Positions 31,588 through 42,800 of a stretch of 64,000 nucleotides of DNA are shown here, piece by piece (position 1 is the first letter of the stretch; every line of letters starts with the position of its first letter). The position numbers and the translations under genes were made by a program. Source of the stretch: Vicinamibacterales bacterium. Lineage in GTDB: Bacteria; Acidobacteriota; Vicinamibacteria; Vicinamibacterales; UBA8438. Under the pieces are notes generated by a model, which searched no databases, had not been told where the DNA came from, and worked only from the letters and a program-made list of their open reading frames with translations. Location of the stretch: assembly GCA_965263055.1 (NCBI GenBank), contig OZ253581.1, positions 204,337-268,336 on the forward strand. The letters are read 5' to 3'.

Positions 31588-32790
31588 TCAGGCAGCGGGA
31601 GTAGGGCGGGCTCCGTGTGTTCCACTGAGATAGGCGGCCCAATCGTCCATCAGCCGGCGCCGCCGCTCGAACAGGTCCGAGCGGGCATAGGCGGCTTCGA
31701 CCTTATTCTGGACCACGTGCGCGAGCGCCGCCTCGACGACCTCGCGCGGGTGATTGGTCTCCTCGGCCGTCCAGTCCCGGAAGCTCGAACGAAAGCCGTG
31801 CGGGACGCCGCCGATCTCCAGGTCCCTGAGCAGCCCCGACAGCGCCATATCGGCCAGCCGCTTCCCCCGCTCGCTCGGGAACACCAGCGCATGGCCGTCG
31901 CCGAGCGCGCGCGCCGCGTCGAGGATCTGGGCGGCACGCCGGCACAGGGGAACCCGGTGTTCCCGCTTGGCCTTCGTGCGCGTGGCCGGGATGGTCCAGA
32001 CGTGGTTCTCCGCGTCGACCTCGGCCCACTGCGCCCCGCGGACCTCACCGGATCGCGCCGCCGTGAGCACGAGGAACTCGAAGGCGAGCGTCACCACGGG
32101 CGGAGCCCCCGACGCCTGCACCGCGCCGATGGCCGCCGCCACGTCGCGATGCGGCAGCGCCCGCATGTGCTGGACCAGATGCTGCTGCGGGCCCAGGACC
32201 GGCCCGATGCGGTCACAGGGGTTGTCGGCTCGCAGGTCCATCGCCACGGCCCATTCCATCACCGTGCTGATGCGTTCGCGCACCCGCCGCGCCGTCGCCG
32301 GCCGGACATGCCAGACGGGCCGCAGCGTCTCGATCACGTCGGCGCTCGTCACCTCGGACACCGGCAGCTGGCCAATGCGCGGGAACGCGAACCGCGTCAG
32401 GCTCGACATCCAATCCTTGCCGTACTTCGGATTGCGCCAGCCGGGCTGCATCTGCGTCCAGACTTGCTCGACGGCGGCGGCGAAGGTCGGCGTGCGCTGG
32501 AGACGGCGCTTCTCGGCGAGCGGGTCGCCACCGGCGCGGGCGAGCTTGCGGTTGGCGAAGGCGAGCGCGCGGGCCTCCTTGAGCGAGACGAGCGGGAAGC
32601 CGCCGAGCCCGAGTTCGCGGCGGCGTCCGCGGATGGCGATCCGCTGGACCCAACTCCGGCTGCCGGACGGCTGGACGTCGAGGTACAAGCCCTGGCCATC
32701 GCAATACCGGCCGGCCGCGGCGACGGTGCGGACGAAGGCGGTCGAGAGGGCGTGTTCGGGCTGGCGCTTGGGGGGTTGAGTCGGCAGCAT
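31588..32790 (-). CDS. P4-like tyrosine integrase with arm-binding domain
   Basis: GRYCDGQGLYL..GRRRELGLGGFP.VSLKEAR; LTAARSGE, KAKREH, PHGFRSSF, LAH..AAYARSD. Confidence 0.95.
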   Translation of the reverse strand: MLPTQPPKRQPEHALSTAFVRTVAAAGRYCDGQGLYLDVQPSGSRSWVQRIAIRGRRRELGLGGFPLVSLKEARALAFANRKLARAGGDPLAEKRRLQRTPTFAAAVEQVWTQMQPGWRNPKYGKDWMSSLTRFAFPRIGQLPVSEVTSADVIETLRPVWHVRPATARRVRERISTVMEWAVAMDLRADNPCDRIGPVLGPQQHLVQHMRALPHRDVAAAIGAVQASGAPPVVTLAFEFLVLTAARSGEVRGAQWAEVDAENHVWTIPATRTKAKREHRVPLCRRAAQILDAARALGDGHALVFPSERGKRLADMALSGLLRDLEIGGVPHGFRSSFRDWTAEETNHPREVVEAALAHVVQNKVEAAYARSDLFERRRRLMDDWAAYLSGTHGARPTPAA

Positions 32791-32794
32791 ACTT

Positions 32795-32961
32795 TCCACC
32801 GTTATATCCACCGTTACGTGGTGGAATGCATTGGATGTTATAGGTCGCTCTGGCTTGTGTCAAGCCAAGATAAACTGGAATAACTATCTATAAATGAGAT
32901 AGTTATAGACGTCATGGGATGTTGCTGGACGACTCACGCTGACGATATATGGTGGACACGG
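32795..32961 (-). other. Integrase attachment region: arm repeats, palindrome and TCCACCA tail
   Basis: TCCACCGTTA at 32795-32804 and 32807-32816; ATAACTATCT-N7-AGATAGTTAT at 32880-32906; minus-strand TCCACCA at 32950-32956. Confidence 0.6.
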
Positions 32962-33057
32962 CTTCTGCCACGGCGCAGTCCCTTCCTTGAGCGCCGGGAT
33001 GATCCGCTCCGCGAACTGCTGGTGGTACTCGTCCGCCTGCCCGCGCGCGCTCGCCAT
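32957..33057 (-). pseudogene. ArdC-like (DUF1738) N-terminal fragment
   Basis: MASARGQADEYHQQFAERIIPALKEGTAPWQKP, broken at the usual PW motif. Confidence 0.65.
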
Positions 33058-33741
33058 CACAGCCCCTCGATCCCGCCCTCGTCGTCCTCGAGGTCGACGT
33101 CCCAGCCGGCCAGCGCCTTGAGCGACGGGACCTCGACGGGCCGGCCGCTCCGGAACAGCTCCCCGACCGCCGCGTCGAACTCCTCGCGGGTCGCGACGCG
33201 GATCGGCGCCTGCTCCCCAACATTTGTGTCATCGCGTTCGTTCATCCCCTCGCCTCCGTCATTCGCGGTGTCCTTGGCATTCGCCGTGCCCCGGTGCCTC
33301 GGCACATCTGGCCGTCCCCTGTGTTCCGCAACAGGACCAGCCGGCCCCGCGGTCCGACCTGTTCGGCCGCCATCGCGCCTAGCTAGCGCCCGCGCGAACT
33401 CTCGCGGCCGGCGGATCGGCGAGACGGTATCGTAGCTGCGCGGCATCGCCGCCCGCCAGGCGGTGCGTTCCGCTGGCGACACCGGCTGGATGAATGCGCA
33501 CTAGATCCAACCGTTCCGGCCATAGTGCACCTCGTCTGTCGTTGCCGGCGGACGTTCCGGGGGGAGCGGTTTCGCGACTCGTGCCGGAAGCCGATCCTTC
33601 CTCGCCGCGCTCGATCAGTCTCGCGTGCCGCTTCGACGATGCCTTGGTCAGGGTGGTGATCGGAGACCGGTCGACCGGGTCACGAAGGTCCACGTACGTG
33701 CAGGAGATCAGGTTGCCTGCCTCGTCGACGTGGTGCCCCAC
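33057..33741 (-). pseudogene. Small hypothetical ORF plus decayed upstream ORF
   Basis: MNERDD..GIEGL* is coupled to the ardC start; upstream segments switch frames. Confidence 0.35.
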
Positions 33742-33832
33742 CGCGAGCCACCTACGGTCCTGAAGCCTCCGGCGAGTCTACCCTCCTGCAGCGCGGTTGG
33801 CCGGCGTGCCGCGTCGGCTCTTGCAGCCGCGC

Positions 33833-36800
33833 CTACCAGCCCAACGTGCCCCGGCCGACGGCTCCGTTGCTTGCGCCCCCCAGCAGCGGACTCTCGCGGC
33901 GCTGCGCGTCGATGCCCAGCTCGAACGTCAGGTTCTCCGGCTTCAGCACCCCGAGACCGTAGCCGAGCCGGTAGTCCCGCCCGTGCTCGGACGTGCTGAA
34001 GCCGACCCGCGGCGTCCCGACAAAACGCCTGCCCATCGGCAGCCCGTAGCCGACCTCGCCATCGAGGCGGTTGCCCGACGCGACGCCGCCGGACGCCAGC
34101 CCCGCCATCGTCTGCCGGCCCCACAGCGCCTGGGCGCCGCTCGTCGCCTGCCCGCCCCACGACGGCGCCACCCGCGCCATAAAGCCCAGCGGCGTCGACG
34201 GCGTCGGGTTGTAGCTCAGCGACAGCGCCATGCCCCGCTCGCGGAACCCCTCGGCCTGGTGCAGCACCAGCGTCCGCACGCGCACGTCCACCGCCAGCCC
34301 GGACCCCGCATCCGACACGATCAGGCCCAGGCCAACGTCCATGCCGGCGCCGGTCTCGGCGTCCCCGCCGTCGTGCCGCAGCCCCACCTCGACGCTTGGC
34401 TTGAGCGACAGCCGGCCGGCGAGCGTGTAGGCGCGCGAGCCTTCGAGCCCCGTCCGGAAGCGGGTCACCGCCGTGTCGGTCGCCTTCAGGCGCCCCGCCG
34501 CGCCGTCGACGCCGTCGATCGACGTGCCGACCCACAACGCATCGGCCTTGAACGCCAGCGCGAAGCCGCCCGCACCGCCAGCGACCAGCTCGCCCCGCGT
34601 CCCCGCCGCCGCCATCGCCATCGACAGGCCCGACTCCAGGGCCGGACCGCCCTGCGGCGTCAGCAGCAGCCCGCCCGACCCGTAGCCGGCCACGCCCCAC
34701 ACCGTGACGCGGTCGGTCGCCTTGTAGCCGAGCCACGGGTACAGGCCCGTCACCGACGAGGCCACCTGGCCGCCGGCGGACCCCGTGTACTCGCCCAGGC
34801 CCCGGCTGTGCGACAGCGACAGGCCCGTCACCAGCGGCCCCGTCGCGTAGTCGGCCCCGACCATCGTCGTGCGCACGTCGCCGCCCAACGACAGCGCGCC
34901 CTCGCGCCCGGAGAAGCGCGACCGCGCCCCGCGGCTCCAGAACGAAAGGATGCCGCCGTGGCCCGTCTCGCGACCCAGCTCGAAGGCCGAGCCGGTCAGC
35001 ACGTCGCCGCCGCCGAGGCCCATCCGTGCGAGTCCGCCGCCATTGAACTGGCTGTCCGGGCGGGACCCGCCGCCCAGCGGGCCGGCGACCATGCCCATCG
35101 GACCCGACGCCGCGGCCAGGCGCCCGTCGCCGGCCAGCCCCGACATCCCGAGCGGCGCCGTCCCGGTCGCCGACGCGCCGGACAAAGAACCGCCGGCGCC
35201 CGCACCCATCGGCCCCGCGCCGGCCACCCCGCCGAGCCGGCGCAGGAAGCTGAGCGCGATGTCGCGCTCCATGCCGCGCCGCAGCTCCCGGCCCGCGAAC
35301 CGGCCCCGGAAGCCCGGCGCGCGCGGCGCCGCCAGCCGCTCTTCCACGTGCTCCACCACATGCACCGCCGCCGTCCGCCCGAACCGCGCCAGCAGCGCCC
35401 GCGGCATCGAATCGTGGTTCGCGATCGTCCCGGTGGCCTCGCCGTCGGCCAACCGTCCCCCCGAGGGGTTGGACAGCCGCAGCGTCAGCGTCTCCTCGCC
35501 CTCGTCGTGGGCGTCGTCGAACACCGCCACCTCGATCGTCTTCGACGACTCGCCCGCCCGGAACTTCAGCGTCCCGCTCGCCGCCCGGTAGTCGTCGCCC
35601 GCGTGCGCGCTGCCGTCCGCCGTCGCGTAGTCCACCGTCAACGCGGCGCTCGCCGCGCGGCTGAGCGTGACGGCGAAGGCCAGCAGGGCGCCTGAGTTCT
35701 CGTCCACCCGCGCATCGGCCACCGCGATGCCCACCGAGCCGGCCACCGTCGCCGACAGCGCATGCGACAGCGGCCTGCCGTCGTCGGTGCAGATCGCCCC
35801 GCTCGCGTCGCAGTCGGTCGTCTCCGGCAGCCGGACGGTCAGCGCCTCGTGCGAGGCCGGCTCGATGGTGATCTTCCACAGGTCGCGGCGGCCGTCGACC
35901 CGTCGCGCCCTGGTGACGTCGCCGCCCGTCACCGTGAACGACGCGTCGCGCACCGTCTTGTAGCTGATACTGATCCCGTCGCTGAACGCCACGCGGAAGC
36001 TGAACGACCCCTGGCCGCGGTGCTCTGCCGGCATGCCCTCGAAGCTCGCCGTCAGCGGCTCCGGCGCCGCGGCGACGGCATCGGTGGCCGCGCTGGTGAG
36101 GCGCTCCTCGTGGCCGGCGTCGTCGGTGAAGCTGACCCGGACCTTCAGCCGCTCGCCTTCGTCGGCGTCCACCGCCGTGTAGGTGGAGCCGGTCGCCCCC
36201 TGAATATCGGTGTCCGTCCGGATCCACTGGTAGGCGAAGCCCGCGGTGTCCAGCCCGTCGGCGTCGGAGATGCCCGACGTCGAGGCGGTCAGCGCCTCCC
36301 CGACCTGCGGCGTCCCGCTGATCGTCGGCGCGCCCGCCGCCGCCGTGTTGCTCTCCGGCTCGTCCGCCGGGCCGGCCACCGTCGCCGAGGGACTGTTGCT
36401 CAGCCGCCGGCCGTGCTCCCCCGTGGTGCAGATCGCCCCGGAGACCTCGCACGCGCGCCCCGCCGGCAGCGTGATCGCCACGTCTCCGTCCGAGTCGGGC
36501 GCGACCGTGATCTCCCACCGGTCGTAGCGCCCGTCCACCCCGCGCACCTCGGTCACGGCGCCCCCGCTCACCGTGAACGCATCGTCGCGCAGCGCCTGGT
36601 AGTCGATGCCGATGTCCTCGCTGAAGGCGACATGGAAGCGGAACGCGCGCTCGCCGTCATGCGCCCCCGGCACCCTCTCGAAGCTCGCCGTCAGCGCCTG
36701 GTCCTCCTCCGTCTGGCTCTCCGGACCCGGGCCGTTCACGATGGCCGACGCCCCGGTCGACAGGGCTCGGCCGTCCGCGGTGCAGACCGCCCCGTCCGCC

Positions 36801-39800
36801 GCGCACTCCGCCGCCGGGGCCAGCGTGATCGACAGCGCCTCGCGGGTGTCCGGCGTGACCGTGATCGCCCACACGCCGGTCTCCCCGTCGACGCGGGCCG
36901 CGCCGGTCACGGCGCCGCCCTCCACCGTCAGGACGCGCGTCCGCATGGCCTCGGGCGTCACCGAGACCGCCTCGCTGAACACGAGGCGGACGGTGAACGC
37001 GGTCTCGCCGTCGTGCGCCTCCGGCAGCCCCTCGAACGCCGCCGTCAGCGGCTCCGCCGCCCCGCCGTGTGACGAACCCTCGGCGGCGGTGACCGTGGCC
37101 GTCCCCGCGCGCAGCTCCGGCCGGACCTCGTACAGGTGTTCTTTGTCCGGATTGTCCGGAGCCAGGGGATACGGCATCACCTCGACGGTGACGGCGCTGT
37201 TCGGCTCGGGCCCGCCGCCGTCGTTCACGGTGTCCAGTACCACCGGTATCGTCGCGTTCCCGTCCCCGAAATGGACGTTCTCGTACCAGTATCCTTCGGG
37301 GCTGCGCCCTTCCGGCGGGAGCATGTCGCCAGTCTCGCTGATCCGCAGGATAACCATCAGCCGGCCGTGGGGCTGGTCGCGCGACAGCGCGAAGCGCAGC
37401 GGTTCTCCTTCCTCCACCGAGCGGGTGTCCGCTTCGATCCAGACCGTTTGCCGACCGACCGCCGTCCCCAGGGCCGTGACCACCGCGCTGGTGCCGCCGT
37501 CCTTGTCCACCGAGCGCACCTGGAACTCGTAGGTCGTCCACGCCGTCAACTCCTTCAGCAGGACCGAGTTGTAGTTTCTGATCTCGCTCGTCCCGGGAAG
37601 CATCGTCTGGTTCACGGTGGTCCAGTCCACCGTCCAGGTGCTCGCGTCGCGGACGCGGTACCGGTACTGGTGGCGATCCACCAGCTCGTGCGATGCGTCG
37701 TCGGGGTTTCTCCACCAGCCCAAGCGAATCTCGCCGGGCAGCAAGGGCTCCGCATTCACGTCCTGCGGCGGGGGGAGCGCGGCGTTCGTCGCGGGCGGGC
37801 CCGCTGCAACGGTGGTGGCGGCGTCCGAGGGGTCCGACCAGTCGCTCGGCGTCTCGCCGTTGAGTGCCTGCACCCGCACCTGGTACTCCGTGTTCGCCGT
37901 CAGCCCGGTGATGGTCGTGGCGGTGCCCGTGCCCGTGTGCATCCAGTTGGTCCAGGTGCCGCTCGTCCCCTGGCGGTACTCCACGGCGTAGCCGGTGATG
38001 TCGGGGCCCCCGTTGAGCCCCGGCTTCGTCCAGCTCGCGTCCAGGCTGTCGGTCGCGCCCGAGACCGCCGCCAGCGTCGGCTTCGCCGGTTTGTCCGGCT
38101 GCTCGTCCTCGTCCGTGACGGTGATCTCCACGTCGATGGTGGCGCTCGCCGTGCCGTCCGACGCCCTCACCGTCACCGAGTAGGACGATTGCTCCTCGTG
38201 GTCGTAGGTCACTCCCGTCTTGGTCCGGATCTGGCCCGACGTGGAGACGATGTCGAACAACGCCACGTCCGTGCCCTCCAGGGTGTATGTCAGCGTGTCG
38301 CCGGGGTCGACGTCGGTCGCCGTCACCGCCGTGCCAACGTCGACGCCCGCGGCGCTGTTCTCGGCCACCCCGCGCGTCGGCGCCGTCTCGGAGAACACCG
38401 GGGCGTTGTTGGAGGCCGAATTCGTGGGCACCGCGACCGAGGGGTCCGACCAGGCGCTCGGCGTCTCGCCGTTGAGCGCCTGCACCCGCACTTGATACTC
38501 CGTGCTCGCCGTCAGCCCGGTGATCGTCGTCGTGGTCCCGGTGCCGCTGTGCGTGACGTTCTCCCAGTCGCCGCTCGTGCCCTCGCGGTACTCCACGGTG
38601 TAACCGATGAGCTCCGGGCCGCCGTTCCGCCCCGGCTCGGTCCAGGTCACGTCCAGGCTGTCGGTCGTGCCCGAGGTCGCCGACACCGTCGGCTTCGCCG
38701 GTGTGTCCGGCTGCTCGTCCTCGTCCGTGACGGTGATCTCCACGTCGATGGTGGCGCTCGCCGTGCCGTCCGACGCCCTCACCGTCACCGAGTAGGACGA
38801 TTGCTCCTCGTGGTCGTAGGTCACTCCCGTCTTGGTCCGGATCTGGCCCGACGTGGCGACGATGTCGAACGACGCCACGTCCGTGCCCTCCAGGGTGTAT
38901 GTCAGCGTGTCGCCGGGGTCGGCGTCGGTCGCCGTCACCGCCGTGCCAACGTCGACGCCCGCGGCGCTGTTCTCGGCCACCCCGCGCGTCGGCGCCGTCT
39001 CGGAGAACACCGGGGCGTTGTTGGCGGCCGCATTGGTGGGCACCGCGACCGAGGGGTCCGACCAGGCGCTCGGCGTCTCGCCGTTGAGCGCCTGCACCCG
39101 CACCTGGTGCTCCGTGTTCGCCGTCAGCCCGGTGATCATCGTCGTGGTCCCGGTGCCGCTGTGCGTCCAGTTCACCCACGTGACGCTCGTGACCACGCGG
39201 TACTGCACGCCGTAGCCGATGATGGCCGGGCCGCCGTTCAGCCCCGGCTCGGTCCAGGTCACGTCCAGGCTGTCGGTCGTGCCCGAGGTCGCCATCACCG
39301 TCGGCGTCGCCGGTATGTCCGGCTGCTCGTTCGCGTCCATCACCGTCACCGTGATCGTCTGGGTCGCCGTCTGCTCCCGGTCGCCCGTGCCGCTGGTCGC
39401 CTGCACCACCACCAGATAGGCGTTGTCGGTGTTCGCGTCCTGCGGGTCCTCGTAGTTGGGCGCCGCCTGGAACGTCAGCACGCCCGACGTCGAGCCGATG
39501 GAGAACAGCGCCTGGTCCGCGCCGCCGCTGAGCGCGTAGTCGGTGATGGCGTCGCCCGTGTCGCTGTCCGACGCCACCACCGTGCCCACCGCCGTCTGGT
39601 TCTCCGCCGGGTTGAACATCGCCGCCGAGGTGAACGAGGGCGCCGCGTTGGCGTCCGTCTCGCCGCTGCCCGAAGCGGACCAGCCGCCCGTGCCCTCGGC
39701 GTTCGTCGCCCGCACCTGCACCTGGTAGCTCGTGTCCTCCAGAAGCCCCGTGAGGATCGCCGTGAGGGCGGTGCCGATGTGGCTCCCGTCACTCCACGGC

Positions 39801-42800
39801 TCGCTCGCGCCCGCCCGGTACTGCACGTCGTAGTCCGTGATCTCCGGGCCGGCGTTGTCCGGCGCCGACCAGCTCACGTTCAGGCTCGTCACCGACGCCG
39901 GCGACACCGACGGCGCATCCGGCGCGGCCGGCGCCTCGGTGTCGTCGTCCATCACCGTCACCGTGATGGTCTGGGTCCCTGTCTGCTCCCGGTCGCCCGT
40001 GCCGCTGGTCGCCTGCACCACCACCAGATAGGCGTTGTCGGTGTTCGCGTCCTGCGGGTCCTCGTAGTTGGGCGCCGCCTGGAACGTCAGCACGCCCGAC
40101 GTCGAGCCGATAGAGAACAGCGCCTGGTCCGCGCCACCGCTGAGCGCGTAGTCGGTGATGTCATCGCCCGTGTCGTCGTCCGACGCCACCACCGTGCCCA
40201 CCGTCGTCTGGTTCTCCGCCGGGGTGAACGTGTCTGACGAGGTAAACGAGGGCGCCATGTTCGCGTCCGTCGCGTCGCTGCCCGAATCGGACCAGTCGCT
40301 CGTGCCCTCGTCGTTCGTCGCCCGCACCTGCACGTCGTAGGACGTGTTCTCCTGCAGGCTTCCGATCGTCGTCGACCGAGCCGTGATCGTCGTGTTGGTC
40401 ACCTCGACCCACGCGCCCGGCGGCAAGGTCGTCCGGTAGCGGTAGTCGTAGTCCGTGATCTCCGGGCCGGCGTTGTCCGGCGCCGACCAGCTCACGTTCA
40501 GGCTCGTCACCGACGCCGGCGACACCGACGGCGCATCCGGCGCAGCCGGCGCCTCGGTGTTATCGTCCCTCACCGTCACCGTGATCGCCTGGGTCGCGGT
40601 CTTCGCCCGCTCCCCCGCGCCGCTGCTCGCCTGCACCGTCAGCGCGTAGGTGTTGTCGGCGCCCTGGTCCTGCGGGGCCTCGAAGTTCGGCGCATCGTCG
40701 AACGTCAGCGCCCCCGACGTCGCCCCGATCGAGAAGAACCCCTGGTCCGCGCCGCCGCTGAGCGCGTAGCCGGTGATGTCGTCGCCCGCGTCGTCGTCCT
40801 CCGCCTCCACCGTGCCCACCGCCGTCTGGTTCTCCGCCGCGCCGAACGTCGCATCCGAGGTGAACGCCGGCGCCGCATTCGGTTCGTCGTTGTCGGTGAT
40901 GGTGCCCGTCGCCGTCGCGTCCGAAATCTCCGCGTTCCTCGGGTTCGACAGCGTCACCGTGAAGGTCTCGTTCGGCTCGTCGGTCGGGTCGTCGGTCGTC
41001 GACACCGTGATCGTCCCCGTCGTCTCACCCGCGGCGATGGTCAGCGTGTCGCTCGCCGCGGTGAAGTCCGTACCCGAGGTGGCTGTGTCGCCGGTCTTGA
41101 CCGACGTCGCCCAGTCCACCATCACGTCCCTGCCGCTCGCCGGCAACAGGCGCACCGTGAACTCAAGGGCGTCTCCCTCGAATGCGGAGGCGTCGTCCAC
41201 GCTCACCGATGGCTCAGGGTCGTTGTCCCGGATCGTCATCCTCCCGGTGGAGGAATCTGGCGCCAGTATTGCATTCCTCGGTTGCGACAGCGTCACCGTG
41301 AAGGTCTCTCTGTCCTCGTCGAGCGCGTCGTCGGCCACCACGTCATGCATCGTGAAGAGCAGCTCCAATCCCATTCCGGGTCTGAAGGTCACCGACCCGG
41401 TCGCCGCCGACAGGTCAACGAAGTCCGCCTCCTCCGCCGTGTCGTCCGGCTTTATCGAGGCCGTCCAGACGATTGTCACCACCTTTTCGCTCTCCGCCGA
41501 AATCGTCAACCTCGGACTCATCGTTCCGTGCTCTACCGCCGTGGCGTCACCGATGGACACCGTCGGCATCTTGTCGTCGTCCTTGATCGTGCCCTCCGCG
41601 GTTGTGGTCGCCGCAAGCGCCTCGTTCGCCTTGACCGACACCGTCACCGTGAAGGTCTCGTCGTCCTCGTCCCTGGTGTCATCCGCCGTCACCACCGTGA
41701 ACGTTGCCGTCATCTGGCCCTCCATGATCGTCTCCGTCCCGGTCGCCGCCGACAGGTCAACGAAGTCCGCCTCCTCCGCCGTGTCGCCGATCTCAATCGA
41801 TGCCGTCCAGGTCGCCGTCAAGTTCTCCCTGGCCGCTTCCGACAGCGTCACCGTGAAGGTCACGTTTCCGCCCTCGTCCCCCGAGGCATCCTCGACGCTC
41901 AGCGTCGGCAGGTCGTTGGTGCTCGCCGTCGAGGCGTCCGACCAGGCGCCCGTGCCCTCGTCGTTCGTCGCCCGCACCTGCACGTCGTAGGACGTGTTCT
42001 CCTGCAGGCTCCCGATCGTCGCCGACGGACCCGTGATCGTCGTGTCCGCCACCTCCACCCACGCGCCCTGCGGCGAGCTCGTCCGGTAGCGGTAGTCGTA
42101 GTCCGTGATGGCCGGGCCCGCGTTGTCCGGCGCCAGCCAGGTCACGCTCAGGCTCGTCACCGAGGCGCCCGACACCGACGGCGCAGCCGGCGCGTGCGGC
42201 GCCTCGTGGTCGTCGTCGGTCACCGTCACCGTGATCGCCAGGGTCACCGTCCGCTCCCGGTCCCCCGCGCCGCTGGTCGCCTGCACCTCCAACTTGTAGG
42301 TGTTGTCGGCGCCCTGGTCCTGCGCGTCCTCGAAGTTCGGCGCATCGTCGAACGTCAGCACCCCCACCGGCGGCCCGGCGGGGGCGCGGAAGATCGAGAA
42401 GAACCCCGCATCCGCGCCGCCGCTGATCGCGTAGCCCTGGATGCCGTCGTCCGGGTCATAGTCCTCTGCCTCCACCGTGCCCACCGCCGTCTGGTTCTCC
42501 GCCGCGTCGAACGTCGGCGACGAGGTGAACGCCGGCGCGGCGTTCGCGTCCGTCCTGCCGCTGCCCGCAGAGGACCAGCCGCTCGTGCCCTCGTCGTTCG
42601 TCGCCCGCACCTGCACGAAGTGGTACGCGTCCTCCTGCAGGCCCCCGATCGTCGCGCTCAACGCCGTGATCGTCGTGTCGGCCACCTCCGACCACTCGCC
42701 CACCGGCGAGTCCATCCGCTGGAAGTAGCGGTAGTCGTAGTCCGTGATGGCCGGGCCCGCGTTGTCCGGCGCCGACCAGGTCACGTTCAGGCTCGTCGCC

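Noticed and set aside
32880-32906. Palindrome as a third site for the Cre-like recombinase
   Set aside because: Different arm sequence and 10-7-10 geometry; better explained by the adjacent P4-like integrase.
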